Source: Chiloscyllium plagiosum (lineage: Eukaryota). Taken from it: a stretch of 64,000 nucleotides of DNA. The position numbers were made by a program, and so were the translations under genes. Below are positions 38,080 to 51,435 of this stretch, one piece after another (within the stretch, counting starts at the first letter, position 1; each line of letters begins with the position of its first letter). The DNA lies in assembly GCF_004010195.1 (NCBI RefSeq), contig NC_057719.1:38763733-38827732 (forward strand), written 5' to 3'. Below the pieces are notes generated by a model. That model saw only the letters and a program-made list of their open reading frames with translations, was not told the origin of the DNA and did no database searches.

Positions 38080-38835
38080 ACAACAATAATAACTTACATT
38101 TGCTTTTAACATAATGGAACACTTATCAGGATCACTATAAAACAAAATCTGACACCAAACCACTCAATGAGACATTAAGGCAGACAAGGTTAGATTTTAA
38201 GAGGGCTGTTTAAAAGGAAAGTGAAGTTCAGGTGGAGAGATTTCGACAGGGAATTCCAGAGCTTCAGGCACACAGCTGAAGGCATTACCACCAATGTGGG
38301 AGTAATTAAAAATGAAGATTCTCAAAAGGTGAGAATTGGAAGTGAACAGTTAATTCAAAGGATTGTGGAGCTAGAGAAGGTTACAAAGAGAGGGAGGGGA
38401 ATGGCCATAGAAGAACTTGATAACAAGGATGAGAATGTTTAAATCAAGGCGTGGTTTAAATGGGTGCAATGTAGATCAGCAAGCACGGGAGTGATGGGTG
38501 AACAGGAATTGTTAGGACACAGGCAGCTCAAGTCCATGGAAATGGGAGGCTGGATGGAACAGTATTAGGATAATCAAGTCTAAAGGTAACAAAGGAATGG
38601 ATGAGGGGTTTCATTATTGGATTAGCTGAGGCAAGAGTGAAGTCAGATGATTTTACAGGAGTGGAAATAGGTGGTCTTAGTGTTGACAGGGATTAATGGT
38701 CAAAAGATCATTTTGGTTAAAATATAAACAGTCTGGTTCAGACTCTGACAGTTGCCAGAGAGAAGAATGGAAGCAGTGGCTAAGGAACAAAATTTGTAAC
38801 TGCCAAAGAAAACAGCTTTGCCCTTCCCAATACTT
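38080..38835 (-). mobile_element. L2-type LINE 3' fragment
   Basis: gggaattccagagc...gctgaaggc is the reverse complement of gccttcagc...tggaattccc, also seen near 12930-12965. Confidence 0.55.
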
Positions 38836-39929
38836 AATTCCCACTGTTAGTTTTAGCAGAGCTGCAGTATGCATTTTCATTGAGGTGAATGCACCATTAT
38901 GTTCCTGAACATCTCTTAGGAGGAAACTATGGCAGATTCCATTGAAACAGCTTCACACTCCAGTGATATATGGACCGAACAAAACAATTAAAATAGTGGA
39001 GGCATTGAAATTGCGGCAGGAAGTGACCAACCATATTACTAACCATGCTCCTGCCCTATTCCGGCCTAGCTTGGGAGAATTAAAATCAGGCCTTCAACAA
39101 CTGTTCCTCTCCCATTTTTGATCTTTGCCAGTGTATGTATGCATGTGACTATGTTACTAATTCTCTCATTCAATAAATTAACATTTACCAAACAATTATC
39201 TTGTTAAACCTGATCTAGAAAAAACTCATATTTTCCATTAGTTTTCCTAAAACATATCAGAGCAGACTCAGAATCATTGCCTCCTGTCTTCATTAGCTTT
39301 GACTTTGGGGAAAATTACTGCAGTGTAATTCTGCACAAGTTTAAATTGAAATATGCTGAAAGTTCTGTTTGTTTTGTCTCTTCAGTCTTTGGTGATAACT
39401 TAAGCAAGTCTATGAACTTGAATCCTAAACCTTTAGGAGAGGTTTGGGCCACTGATTAAAGGCAGAGTTCATACTGACTTAAAGCTGCAAAAGCCAGTCT
39501 TGGCTTGACGTCATATGTGTATTAGATAACAGTAATAGCAGTAGCAAGAGGTCCGAACCATCTCTGTAGTTGGAAATCAAGTAGCATGTGGTTACTGAAT
39601 AGCAGGGTGGAAAACAGCTGATTTCCTGCTGTTTTGGTTAGGAGTCAATTGCAGAAGAACGCTGGCCTCTTGTTTCTCCTGTCCCTTGGAATGCTGATTA
39701 GACCGCAACATGTCAGGAGCTAATATACACAGTGCATACAGTGCTCATTGGTAAATGACAATTATGTTGAGGTGCTGAAAAAAAAGAGTCACACATTGGC
39801 CGTGCCCAACCTTTCTGCACCTTTCTAATCAGGTTTTCACTGCCATGATGAAGTTGGTAGAGAGTTAAACATGCTTGATTTGGCTGAGCAAAGATGGTGA
39901 TGATGTTTGTTTGAAACATAACATAATTT

Positions 39930-40260
39930 AGAGGGCGTAATGACCTAGTGATACTCTCGTTGGACTATTAATCCAGAGACTCAGGCAACATTCGGGAGAG
40001 CTGAGTTCAAATCCTGCCATGGCACATGGTGGAATTCGAATTCAATATAAAAAAATGTCTGGAATGAAGAGTTTAACGATGACTACGAATCCATGACCCA
40101 TTTGGTTCATTCACGTCCTTTCAGGAATTACACTGCCATTTGCGTACATGTGAGTCCAGATCCACAACAATGTGGTTGACTTATAACTGCCCTCTGGGCA
40201 ATTAGAAATGGGCAATATCATATTGGCCTAGCGAGTGATGTCTTAATTCTGTGAATAAAT
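39930..40260 (+). mobile_element. tRNA-derived SINE with a LINE-like tail (third SINE family)
   Basis: taatccagag...gagttcaaatcc head, and a gggcaat...tggcctagc tail shared with the 7640-type LINE. A partial copy lies at about 49180-49390. Confidence 0.6.
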
Positions 40261-42349
40261 TTTTAAAAAACCCAAGACTGAGTGGGCTGAAGGGCCTGTT
40301 TCTGTGCTGTATATCTTATCCAATCTTATGTACACAATTCTACAGCTGATCAGTATATTTAACCCGAAAGATGACAAGATCAAGTGGCGTCACAAGATTA
40401 TTTTGTTTATGAATTTTCTGTATTCTTTGGTGCATATTATATATACAAATTAAAAGGAGCAGAACTAGCTGCGGTGAACTCAATTTTAAAAATGCTCCTT
40501 CTAAATTTTTGTTTGATCTATCTCAGGTTCCTAATTGCAATGAAAAGCAGTATTGAAAATTGCTTAGTCATCAGCCACGATGAATCTTGTCTTGTGATCC
40601 ATTGGGTTACCTTTCAATTTTTTCAAGTCTTTATCAGCTTTGAAAGAGTTAGAACAGAAATGTTTTAAAAATAGTACTATTTCTAGTATAGTGAGCAGTT
40701 TATTCAGCTTTAAGTAAAATAATTTTCAAAATAAATGGTTTTGCCATTTTGTAAAATGTTAATGTAGGTGTAGATATAAATAGGTAAAAAACTGGGCATG
40801 TAGTATCCATTTTTAAATGTTTCAAGGGTACGGAAGCATTGAAGATGGGATGTGTGAGAACAGGTCCAGTGGGAGGATGCCATTTAGTAAAGAGATTTGT
40901 GTATGTGAAACAACAACCTTCAACATGGAGAACAACAAACTATTGATGCAAAACAGTGCGCAATGCTGATTTGGTATCAACACGGTCATTTTCAAACTGC
41001 ACACTCCAACCAAAACCTTGTCTTAACCTTGAACATCATGACGTTAAACTGAATCATGCTCGTACAATGTTAAAGGAATCATGAACTACGAAAATGTTTC
41101 ATTTCTGGATTATGTCTTCAGCTGTTGGTGTATTTAAATATGACTTTGAAGCTCTCCTATACTGGTTTACGTACATGGGGTGGTCTGGCTGGTCATGAAG
41201 CAGATTTTTTTCATCATTGAAAATCTGTGCTGAGAAAGGATACTTCCAGACATGGGTGACTTAGTAGAGTTCCCTTTGAGAATTAGAACTTGACTGATAA
41301 AATAAAAAGTAATCCCATAGACCAGAAAAGATTAATGGACAAAGGAGTTAAAGGAGAGAAGATAAGATCACTCAGCAGGAGACTATGTCTGCCGAGCATC
41401 TTTAAGGAAAAATTCTTTTACCTTAACCAGTGAGGATACATACAGAGACACCTACACAAAAGATGTTGTGACTGAAATCTGGCAGCTGCAGCAGCCTCAA
41501 AACAAGGAATGAACTACATTGCTTATAGCTGTCATTATTGACCAGCAACAGTAACTGGGGCTAGGCTTGCCTCAGTGGAAAATGATGGTGAGGTAAAGTA
41601 CATGAATTGAAGGGTTGAGTGCAGATAGATACAAGTTGTTGACAGGTCGCTGTAGTGATTTGAACAGCAATGAGGCTAGTGATGCTAGTAGTGCATAGGT
41701 TACAGTATTTAAAGGTTGAACTCATTCACCCTGAGAACTAATCTCGCCAGGCTGTTAAACTTAGTCTTTTGCGTCATCCACCTTCTTGGAATTCTACTGT
41801 TACCACTGACCTCCACAGTTTATTCTTTTCATCACTGTCTAAATATTTTACTAGCAGAGATCCTTATTCCCCCATGCCTAAACAACCATCAAAACCCTTC
41901 CCAGTGGTTACAGAATTGGATGACTTTTCACAATACAAGGTGTGGGGAGGAGGCAGGGGTGTAGGAATGCTCCTTAACTGATATTAAAATTATTCCCTAT
42001 CAGTTAGAGCCTGTGGGATTAGGGACAGAAGCAGGTCAGATGAAATGTGAACCAATTAGACACTCCATATCAATTATCCTGGAGGGTGGATGTGGCTTAT
42101 ATCAAAGCCCAGCACTTCACTAGGAAGAAGGGAGATGTAACAAGAAAAGTGGAAGCCTGGCACTGAGGGTGGGGCAGGCCTGCCCTTCAAACAATGCCAG
42201 ACTGGATCTAATGCCAGAGATTGTGAGGCTGAGGTGGATGGTTCTCTTCCTGGAGCTAGGCAGAAGGAGTCCACCTCATACTGTAGCGAGGGTACTTTTC
42301 TAGAAGAGAAGGAAGAATTCGGGGCACCTACCAGGAAAATTAAGACAAA

Positions 42350-42790
42350 GATGGAGGAAGCTTTTGTTGTCATTGCAGATGAGGTGGATGTTGAGGAAGG
42401 ACAAGTCATTTGATGCTTTGATGTGCACCTGACTGGAATGATGTCCTTCACATGCGGCAATCCAGTAATGGAGACAAAGCCCCAAAGGACCTGTTCCTGG
42501 AGGTGTATCGGTTGTTAAGTGAATGTGCTGAGCAGCTCTCTGGCAAATAGGAATCAGAGACCTTCAAGATATTTGTAGATATCTGTAGATATTTGTAACC
42601 TATCAGGAATGTCTGCAGCTACCCCTTCAAAGAAGTGAGAAGCAAAGAACTTTAAGACAACAGTGTCTTTCAGTGTCCCTGGCAAGGCATGGGACCAGAG
42701 CTGTGAGATATGAAAGCATTGATGATGAGGGCAGAGATATCTGTGATCATCTGGACTGGCGAGTTGCAGTGTCCTGTGAAAATGCATCTT
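42350..42790 (-). mobile_element. Harbinger (PIF/HARBI1-like) transposase relic
   Basis: HALPGTLKDTVVLKFFASHFFEGVAAD, GFVSITGLPHVKDII and VHIKAS..SFLNIHLICND parallel the Harbinger motifs 'ALNFFASGSFQ', 'GFP.VQG.IDCTH' and 'SLNVQLVCD'. Confidence 0.7.
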
Positions 42791-42950
42791 GGCAAACTAG
42801 AAGTAGTATTGTCTTCAGCAGTTTCTCCTATGTTAAGAGTTGGCCTTTGTTGCTTTTTTGTTGTACTTTCCCTCCTTATTCTGTCCTGATGCCCACCATT
42901 CTACCTTTCCTGCAAAGGGTGTTAACACAGGATCCACACTCACCCAATTG

Positions 42951-43620
42951 TCATAGAGTCATTCATGAGTGAAACAGACCCTTTGGTCCAACTTGTCCAC
43001 GTTGACCAGACATCCCAATCTGACCCAGTCCCATTTGCCAACATTTCACCCGTATCACTCTAAATCCTTCCTATTTATTTGTCCATCCAGATGCCTCTTA
43101 AATGTTGTCACTGTATCAGCCTCCACCATTTACTTGGGCAGCTGAATCCATACATGCACCACAACCTGCTTGAAAAAGTTACCCCTTAGGTCCCTTTTAA
43201 ATCTTTCCCCTCTTGCCTTAAACCTATGCCCTATAGTTTTGGACCTCTCCACTCTTGGCTATTCACCATATCCATGGTGTTCATGATTTTGTAAATCTTC
43301 GACGCTCAAGGAAAAAATGCCCCGGTCTATTCAGCCTCTCCCTATAACTCAAACCCTCCTTGCTTGGCAACAACCTTGTAAATGTTTTCTGCACCATCTC
43401 AAGTTTAACAATATCCCTCCTAAAGAAGAGTGATCAGAATTGTATGCAATATTCTAAAACTGGCCTCACCCATGTCCTTTACAGCTGTAACATGACATAC
43501 CAACTCCTTTAGTTAATGTCCTAACCAATGATGGCAAATGTGCTTACTGCCTTCTTCACCACCCTATCTATCTGCAACTCCACTTTCAAGAAATTATGCA
43601 CCTGCATCCCAATGTTTCTC
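42951..43620 (-). mobile_element. CR1 3' fragment
   Basis: Reverse complement of the CR1 3' end with a gtcatagagtcat tail. Confidence 0.88.
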
Positions 43621-44256
43621 ACAGCACAGATGCACTTCACAATGACTAACATTTCTTCTTGCGGCCACTACACCTGAGCTCTTCCAGAGTTACAAGGACT
43701 GCCTTTAAGCAGTGCTTTCCACTTACAATAAATATCTAGCCTCCTGCTGATGTGTGTAGCAATAGGTAGCACTGGTTGCTTGCAGAAATCATTTACAACA
43801 TCAGGCAATCCCACAAATTGAGAGTGCTGCCTGAATCACATTGAATGAGGGAATGTTAATTGCATACCAGGAGCCCCACTGTCATTTTAAGGCTTATTCA
43901 ATTTTATTATTGCAATATGTTAGTTTATGGATCAGCCGCAGTTCTTTATCTTAGTCTTAGCCTGATCAAGCAAAAAGAATTGAATTCCTATTTCCTTTTG
44001 TTGAGAATCAAGATGAAATATGAATACCTCAGACCACTTAAAGGTAAGTTCATTTAGCTGAGGAGCTAGAAATGTGTAAGTAATTTACGCATGTTCCTGC
44101 TACCCTCTAATATTAACGATTGTCTACTTTATTTAAATATAGACTTGTTTTTTGAACATGAAAACTTGCTGTCTTGAAGAACGTCTAAAATAATCAGTGT
44201 GTGATTTCACATGGTATGAATAGAAAACAGAACTTCCAATGGGCTTACAGTCAAAG

Positions 44257-45213
44257 ACTCATAGAGCTGTACAGTATGGAAACAGACCCTTCAGTCCAAC
44301 TCGTCCACGCTGACCAGATATCCTAAATTAATGTAGACCCATTTGCCAGAATTTAGACCAAATCCCTTTAAACCCTTTCTATTCATATACATCCAGATGT
44401 CTTTTAAATGTTGTTATTATACCACCACCACTTCCTCTGGCAGATTATTCCATGCACACACCACCTTCTGCATGAAAGGTTGCCCCTTAGGTCCCTTTTA
44501 AATCTTTCCCCTTTCACCTTAAATCTATATCCTTTAGTTTTGGATTACCTCACCCTTGGGAAAAGACCTAGGCTATTCACCCTATACATACCCCTCATGA
44601 TTTTATAAACTTCTACAGGGTCACCCCTCAGTCTCCGATGCTGCAGGGAAAACAACATCAGCCTATTCAACCTCTCCCTATAGCTCAAACGCTCCAACTT
44701 GGCAACATCCTTGTAAATCCTTTCTGAACCCTTTCAAGTTTCACAACATCCTTCCTATAGCAGGGTGATGAGAAATGAAGGCAGTATTCTAAAGCTGGCC
44801 TCATCAATGTCCTGTATAGCCGCAACGTGACCTCCCAACCCTATACTCAATGCTCTGACCAATAAAAGAAAGCATAGCAAATGTCTTCTTCACTAGCCTA
44901 TCTACCTGCGACTCCACTATTAAGGAACTATGAACCTACACTCCAAGGTCCCTTTGTTCAGCAACACGCCCCAGGACCTTACCATTAAGTATATAAATCC
45001 AGTCCTGATTTGCCTTTCCAAAATGCAGCACCTTTCATTTATCTAAATTAAACTCCATCTACCACTCCTTAGCTCATCAGGCCATTTGATCAAGGTCCCA
45101 TTGTAATCTGAGGTAACCTTCTTCGTTGTCTACTACACCTCCAATTTAGTGTCATCTGCAAACTTACTAACCATACCGCCAATGTTCACATCCAAATCAT
45201 TTATGTAAATGAC
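44257..45213 (-). mobile_element. CR1/HER1 3' fragment including RT motif
   Basis: IYINDLDVNIGGMVSKFADDTKL through to the 3' tail. Confidence 0.92.
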
Positions 45214-45261
45214 ACAAGAAAGAATGTCTTTAACTCTTCTCATTTGCTTCATATTAAGGGG

Positions 45262-46367
45262 AGAAAGTGAGGACTGCAGATGCTGGAGATCAGAGCTGAA
45301 AATGTGTTGCTGGAAAAGCNNNNNNNNNNNNNNNNNNNNNNNNNNNNNNNNNNNNNNNNNNNNNNNNNNNNNNNNNNNNNNNNNNNNNNNNNNNNNNNNN
45401 NNNNNNNNNNNNNNNNNNNNNNNNNNNNNNNNNNNNNNNNNNNNNNNNNNNNNNNNNNNNNNNNNNNNNNNNNNNNNNNNNNNNNNNNNNNNNNNNNNNN
45501 NNNNNNNNNNNNNNNNNNNNNNNNNNNNNNNNNNNNNNNNNNNNNNNNNNNNNNNNNNNNNNNNNNNNNNNNNNNNNNNNNNNNNNNNNNNNNNNNNNNN
45601 NNNNNNNNNNNNNNNNNNNNNNNNNNNNNNNNNNNNNNNNNNNNNNNNNNNNNNNNNNNNNNNNNNNNNNNNNNNNNNNNNNNNNNNNNNNNNNNNNNNN
45701 NNNNNNNNNNNNNNNNNNNNNNNNNNNNNNNNNNNNNNNNNNNNNNNNNNNNNNNNNNNNNNNNNNNNNNNNNNNNNNNNNNNNNNNNNNNNNNNNNNNN
45801 NNNNNNNNNNNNNNNNNNNNNNNNNNNNNNNNNNNNNNNNNNNNNNNNNNNNNNNNNNNNNNNNNNNNNNNNNNNNNNNNNNNNNNNNNNNNNNNNNNNN
45901 NNNNNNNNNNNNNNNNNNNNNNNNNNNNNNNNNNNNNNNNNNNNNNNNNNNNNNNNNNNNNNNNNNNNNNNNNNNNNNNNNNNNNNNNNNNNNNNNNNNN
46001 NNNNNNNNNNNNNNNNNNNNNNNNNNNNNNNNNNNNNNNNNNNNNNNNNNNNNNNNNNNNNNNNNNNNNNNNNNNNNNNNNNNNNNNNNNNNNNNNNNNN
46101 NNNNNNNNNNNNNNNNNNNNNNNNNNNNNNNNNNNNNNNNNNNNNNNNNNNNNNNNNNNNNNNNNNNNNNNNNNNNNNNNNNNNNNNNNNNNNNNNNNNN
46201 NNNNNCTTGACCTCCTTCCACCTATCGCATTTCCAACGCCCCTCCCCCAAGTCCCTCCTCCCTACCTTTTATCTTAGCCTGCTGGGCACACTTTCCTCAT
46301 TCCTGAAGAAGGGCTTATGCCTGAAACGTCGATTCTCCTGCTCCTTGGATGCTGCCTGACCTGTTGC
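45262..46367. mobile_element. Young PLE insertion with inverted pseudo-LTR ends spanning an assembly gap
   Basis: 16-bp TSD gcttcatattaagggg at 45246-45261 and 46368-46383. Left end is the reverse-complement pseudo-LTR tail; right end has hammerhead CTGAAGA(46303)-A-GGGC ttat GCCT-GAAA-C-GTC. Confidence 0.85.
45320..46205. other. Assembly gap (N run)
   Basis: Run of N. Confidence 1.
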
Positions 46368-47097
46368 GCTTCATATTAAGGGGGCCCAGCTATGCATGTT
46401 TCTTTGTGGGTTAAGTTCCAGTCGTACTCAGGTCTCTCCCCATAAATTTTTCTCAGGTATATTGATGGTTGAACCAATGTTGCTACGTGCTCTTGCCTGG
46501 AATTATAAAAAAAATCAATTTTGTTTCCAATTTCCAGCCAACTCTCACCCTCACCTGGTCCATTTCAGAGCCCCTCTTACCTTCCCAGGCATCTTGTTTT
46601 CCACTTCTGGAGATAGACTGGTCATTAATATCCATTACAAACCCACTGAATCCTACAGTTATATCTGGACTAGACTCTTCACTCCCTCCTTCCATTCTCC
46701 CAGTTTCTCCATCTCCATCACATCTGTTCTTATGATGCTACGTTCTGCAAGAAGCCTCAGAAATGTTCAAATTTTTCTTCAATCCAGGATTCCCTGGCAC
46801 CATAGTTGACAGGGCCTTCAGCCATATCCAACCTATTTGCTGCACCTGCCCTCACCTCTTTCCTCCCCTCCCACAAAAATGTTCGGGTACCCTGGCCCTC
46901 ACTTTCCACCCCACCAGCCTCCGCATCCAAATGGTGATAAGCCACCATTTCTGCCACCCCCAGTATGATGCCAAGACCAAAAACATATACCGCTCCCTTC
47001 CCTTATCAGTATTCCTCAGAGTGTGTTACTTCTGGGACATCTGGTCATATGCTCCCAACACAACCTTTTTCCTCTTTCTACTTATATCGTTGATACT

Positions 47098-47405
47098 GGG
47101 GCGGCATGGTGGCACAATGGTTAGCACTGCTGCCTCACAGCGCCAGAGACCCGGGGTCAATTCCCGCCTCAGGTGACTCACTGTGTGGAGTTTGTACATT
47201 CTCCTTGTGTCTGCGTGGGTTTCCTCCGGGTGCTCCGGTTTCCTCCCACAGTCCAAAAATGTGCAGGTTAGGTGAATTGGCCATGCTAAGTTGCCTGTAG
47301 TGTTAGGTGAAGGGGTAAATGTAGGGGAATGGGTCTGGGTGGGTTGCGCGTCAGTGTGGACTTGTTGGGCTGAAGGGCCTGTTTCCACACTGTAAGTAAT
47401 CTAAG
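47098..47405 (+). mobile_element. V-SINE (HE1-like)
   Basis: Closely similar to 15732-16052. Confidence 0.9.
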
Positions 47406-47409
47406 TAAA

Positions 47410-47945
47410 CCTACATGGATCATGACAACTGGATCTTTCCCCTCCCAGTTCAAGTTCCTCTGCAGCTCAGATGAGATATCCTTATCGCAAATACTGGGCA
47501 GGCAGCATAGCATTCTGAGCTCTCAATTCTGGTCACAGGGAACACTGTCTGTTCCCCTGAGTATGCAATCCCTGGTTACAACAATGAATGGCTCCCTGTG
47601 CCATGGTCAGTTTCTCATTCCACCCAAAGCCCCATTCTTAACTACATCGGGCACAAAAATCTCAAATCTGTTAGATATGCTCAAGGGCTGAGGCTCCTTC
47701 AGCACACCCTCCTGGGTCCCTCTATCAGCCTCACTCAGAGTCATACCCTCCTGTCCCTGACCACTGATCAAATTTGAGGCAGTTAATCTAAGAGATGTGA
47801 CTGCCTCCTGAAACACAGCGTCCAGCTAACTCTCCCCCTCCCTGAAGCGTTGCAGTGTTTGAAGCTCAGATTCCAGCTCATCAACTCTGAGCCGGAGTTC
47901 CTCAAGCAACCAACACTTGTTACAGATGTGGTCACTATGAATCAC
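47410..47945 (-). mobile_element. CR1 ORF1 relic (zinc finger/leucine zipper plus esterase)
   Basis: HICNKCWLLEELRLRVDELESELQTL, ISNRFEI and EGKDPVVMIHVG motifs. Confidence 0.8.
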
Positions 47946-48059
47946 AGTGCGACCAGCTCTCATACGTACACCATATACTCTATTCTCTCCCTGACTAGCC
48001 CCCCTCCACAGCCTCCAAGCACCTGTGTTCAGCACACACCTTTTCCCAGCTGTCTTCAG

Positions 48060-48180
48060 TTAGGATGAAGGATCATTGGACTCGAAATGTTAACTCTGTT
48101 TTCTCTCTATTGTGTTCTATCTACTGTGTTTGTCCAGCATTCTCTGTTTAGTTTCACATTTCCAGCATCCATACATCTTT
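48060..48180 (+). mobile_element. Decayed PLE pseudo-LTR (similar to the third family)
   Basis: gGATGA-A-GGATC attg GACTC-GAAA-tGTT followed by a ...tccagcat... tail. Confidence 0.55.
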
Positions 48181-48731
48181 GTGTTAATTATTACACCTTA
48201 CAATGGATTAAGTTTAAAATCAATCTATAATAAAGTACAAAAATAATTTAGTATCAGACAGAACATATTTGAGGCATTACAAGTCTATGACAGGTGAAAT
48301 TACACAATTAACACCGAGAAAGCACTGATATAATTAATTAATTGAATTTGTAAACTAAATATGACTATATTGCAAAGCCAGAAATAAAGACAGCTAACAG
48401 AAGAATAATCATGAATAATTGCTATATCTTACATAGTGGTGAGAAAGCTGGTTTCATCATTAAATTGCAAGGATTGTAGTCTGGTATTTAGTGTTTACCA
48501 AAGACTGATGCTGAATCTAAGGGAGCAATATTTCAGTGTAAGCACTCCTGATGGTGGCTGAGTGGAATTACAAACACCTGAAAGAGACATCCATAAGAGA
48601 CAACAAACTAAATCATTGTACAACAATCATTGTACAACTAAACGAAGGATGCAGTGATGCCCAATTAAACCCCCCCCCCCACCACTTCCACCCCACAACG
48701 ATTAGTACAATAGATCTTATTTATAAGAACA

Positions 48732-49047
48732 TGGGGCGGCATGGTGGCTTAGTGGTTAGCACTGCTGCCTCACAGCACCAGGGTCCTATGTCTGATTCTG
48801 GCCTCGGGTGACCGTCTGTGTGGAGTTTGCACATTCTCCCCGAGTCTGCGTGGGTTTCCTCCGAGTGCTCCGGTTTCCTCCCACAGTCCAAAGATGTGCA
48901 GATTAGGTGAATTGGCCATGCTAAATTGCCCATAGTGTTAGGTGCTTTAGTCAGAGGGAAATGGGTCTGGGTAGGTTAATCTTCGGAGAGTCGGTTTGGA
49001 CTGGTTGGGCTGAAGGGCCTATTTCCATACTGTAGGCAATTTAATCA
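48732..49047 (+). mobile_element. V-SINE (HE1-like)
   Basis: Same head, V-domain and tail as the other two copies. Confidence 0.9.
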
Positions 49048-49524
49048 TATAATATAAGCTGGAGCTAGCAACTGGGGCACTTTGTTCCTGCTCTACCATT
49101 CAATAATGTCATAGTTGATCTTCTACCTGAACTCCACTTGCAACCTTTCCCTCCCTATCTCTATATTGGTAGATCTGGAGGAGGGATGCTAGTATCACTG
49201 CACAGGTAATCCAGAGTCCTGGCTAATGGTCTTGGGGGACACAGATTCAAGTTTTACTGTGGCATTGAAATTGAATTTAAATTCAATCAATAAATTTGGA
49301 TTGAAAGCTAGTTTTATAATCAATGAGACTATCATCGATTGTTGTAAAAACACATCCACTTCACTAATGGCCTTTAGGGAAGGAAATCTGATGTTTAAAC
49401 TTGTGTGGCAATGGAGTGGAAACCAAAGCTGTTGGTCAGCAAGTGAAATGACCAAGGAGGAGTTAAAAGACTAAAGCCAGTAAGGCTAAGAGGAAGTACA
49501 GACAGGGATAGGTTACTGAACATG

Positions 49525-49766
49525 GTGGAGTCAAGACTGGAGTGGTGCTGGAAAAGCATAGCAGGTCTGGCAGCATCCAAGAAGCAGGAAAATCGACGTT
49601 TTGGGCAAAAGCCCTTCATCAGGAACGAGGCATCATTCCTGATGAAGGGTTTTTGCCCGAAACATGAATTGTCCTGTTCCTCAGATGCTGTCTGACCTGC
49701 TGTGCTTTTCCAGCACCACTCTAATCTTGACTCTGATCTCCAGCATCTGCAGTCCTTACTTGCATC
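49525..49766. mobile_element. Hairpin mini-element with hammerhead cores on both strands
   Basis: TSD tactgaacatg at 49514-49524 and 49767-49777. Minus-strand core at 49595-49622, plus-strand core at 49639-49666, arms about 100 bp. Confidence 0.87.
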
Positions 49767-49956
49767 TACTGAACATGTGGGACTGACAGGCTGAAGTGTA
49801 TGTGTATTAACACGAAGTGAATGACAGGTAAGGCAGATGAACTTACAGCCTGAATTAGTGCACATAATAATGATGTTAAAGCTATTATAGAGACTTGATT
49901 GCATGAAGGGCAAAACTGACAGTCTAGTGTTCCAGGATTTAGATATTTCAGACATC

Positions 49957-51435
49957 GATAGTCACAGGTGAGGTGCCGGAAGACTGGAGGTTGGCAAACA
50001 TGTTGCCACTGTTTAAGAAGGGTGGTAAAGACAAGCCAGGGAGCTATAGACTGGTGAGCCTGACCTCGGTGGTGGGCAAGTTGTTGGAGAGAATCCTGAG
50101 GATGTATGTATTTGGAAAGGCAAGGACTGATTCGGGATAGTCCACATGGCTTTGTGCGTGGGAAATCATGTCACACAAATTTGATTGAGTTTTTTGAAGA
50201 AGCAACAAAGAAGATTGATGAGGGCAGATCAGTAGATGTGATCTATATGGACTTCAGTAAGGCGTTCGACTAGGTTCCCCAAGGGAAACTGATTAGCAAG
50301 GTTAGATCTCATGGAATACAGGGAGAACTAGCCATTTGGATACAGAACTGGGTCAAAGGCAGAAGACAGAGGGTGGTGGTGGAGGGTTGTTTTTCAGACT
50401 GGAGACCTGTGACCAGTGGAGTGCCACAACGATCAGTGCTGGGCCCTCTACTCTTTGTCATTTACATAAATGATTTGGATGCGAGCATAAGAGGTACAGT
50501 TAGTAAGTTTGCAGATGACATCAAAATTGGAGGTGTAGTGGACAGCGAAGAGGGTTACCTAAGATTACAACAGGATCTTGATCAGATGGGCCAATGGGCT
50601 GAGAAATGGCAGATGGAGTTTAATTCAGATAAATGCGAGGTGCTGCATTTTGGGAAAGCAAATCTTAGCAGGACTTATACACTTAATGGTAAGGTCCTAG
50701 GGAGTGTTGCTGAACAAAAGAGACCTTTGAGTGCAGGTTCTTAGCTCCTTGAAAGTGGACTCGCAGATAGATAGGATAATGAAGAAGACGTTTGGTATGC
50801 TTTCCTTATTGGTCAGAGTATTGACTACAGGAGTTGGGACATCATGTTGCGGCTGTACAGGACATTGATTAGGCCACTGTTGGAATATTGCATGCAATTC
50901 TGGTCTCCTTCCTATCGGAAAGATGTTGTGAAACTTGAAAGGTTACAGAAAAGATTTACAAGAATGTTACCAGGGTTGGAGGATCTGAGCCACTGCGAGA
51001 GGCTGAACAGGCTGGGGCTGTTTTCCCTGGAACGTTGGTGGCTGAGGGTTGACCTTATAGAGGTTTACAAAATTATGAGGGGCATGGATAGGATAAGTAG
51101 ACAAAGTCTTTTCCCTGGGTTGGGGGAGTCCAGAACTAGAGGGCATAGGTTTAGGGTGAGAGGGGAAAGATATAAAAGAGACCTAAGGGGTAACTTTTTC
51201 ACGCAGAGGGTGGTACGTGTATGGAATAAGCTGCCAGAGGATGTTGTGGAGGCTGGTACAATTGCAACATTTAAGAGGCATTTGGATGGGTATATAAATA
51301 GGAAGGGTTTGGAGGAATATGTGCTGGGCACTGGCAGGTGGGACTAGATTGGGTTGGGATATCTGGTCTGCATGGAAGGGTTGGACCGAAGGGTCTGTTT
51401 CCATGCTGTACATCTCTATGACTCTATGACTCTAT
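49957..51435 (+). mobile_element. Young 5'-truncated CR1/HER1 LINE (RT domain to 3' end)
   Basis: SGVPQRSVLGPLLFVIYINDLD...SKFADD...KWQMEFN; (ctctatga)n tail. Confidence 0.95.

Larger units (their letters stand above)
45215..47090 (+). mobile_element. Old Neptune-like PLE RT relic interrupted by a younger PLE
   Basis: PSYACFFVG, SGDRLVINIHYKPTESYSY and LALTFHPTSLRIQ, partly homologous to 2566-3116. Confidence 0.8.

Noticed and set aside
39506..39513. Perfect CRE palindrome TGACGTCA
   Set aside because: One 8-mer is roughly expected by chance in 64 kb, and there is no supporting context.
43961..44043. Strong donor AAG|GTAAGT with a possible upstream acceptor
   Set aside because: No recognisable coding similarity and no partner exons.
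45133..46359. 330-360 aa ORFs in the track (also 3011-3584)
   Set aside because: Artefacts of translating through N runs.
50373..51347. RT-like ORFs as host genes
   Set aside because: 5'-truncated, frameshifted, multi-copy CR1 ORF2 fragments.
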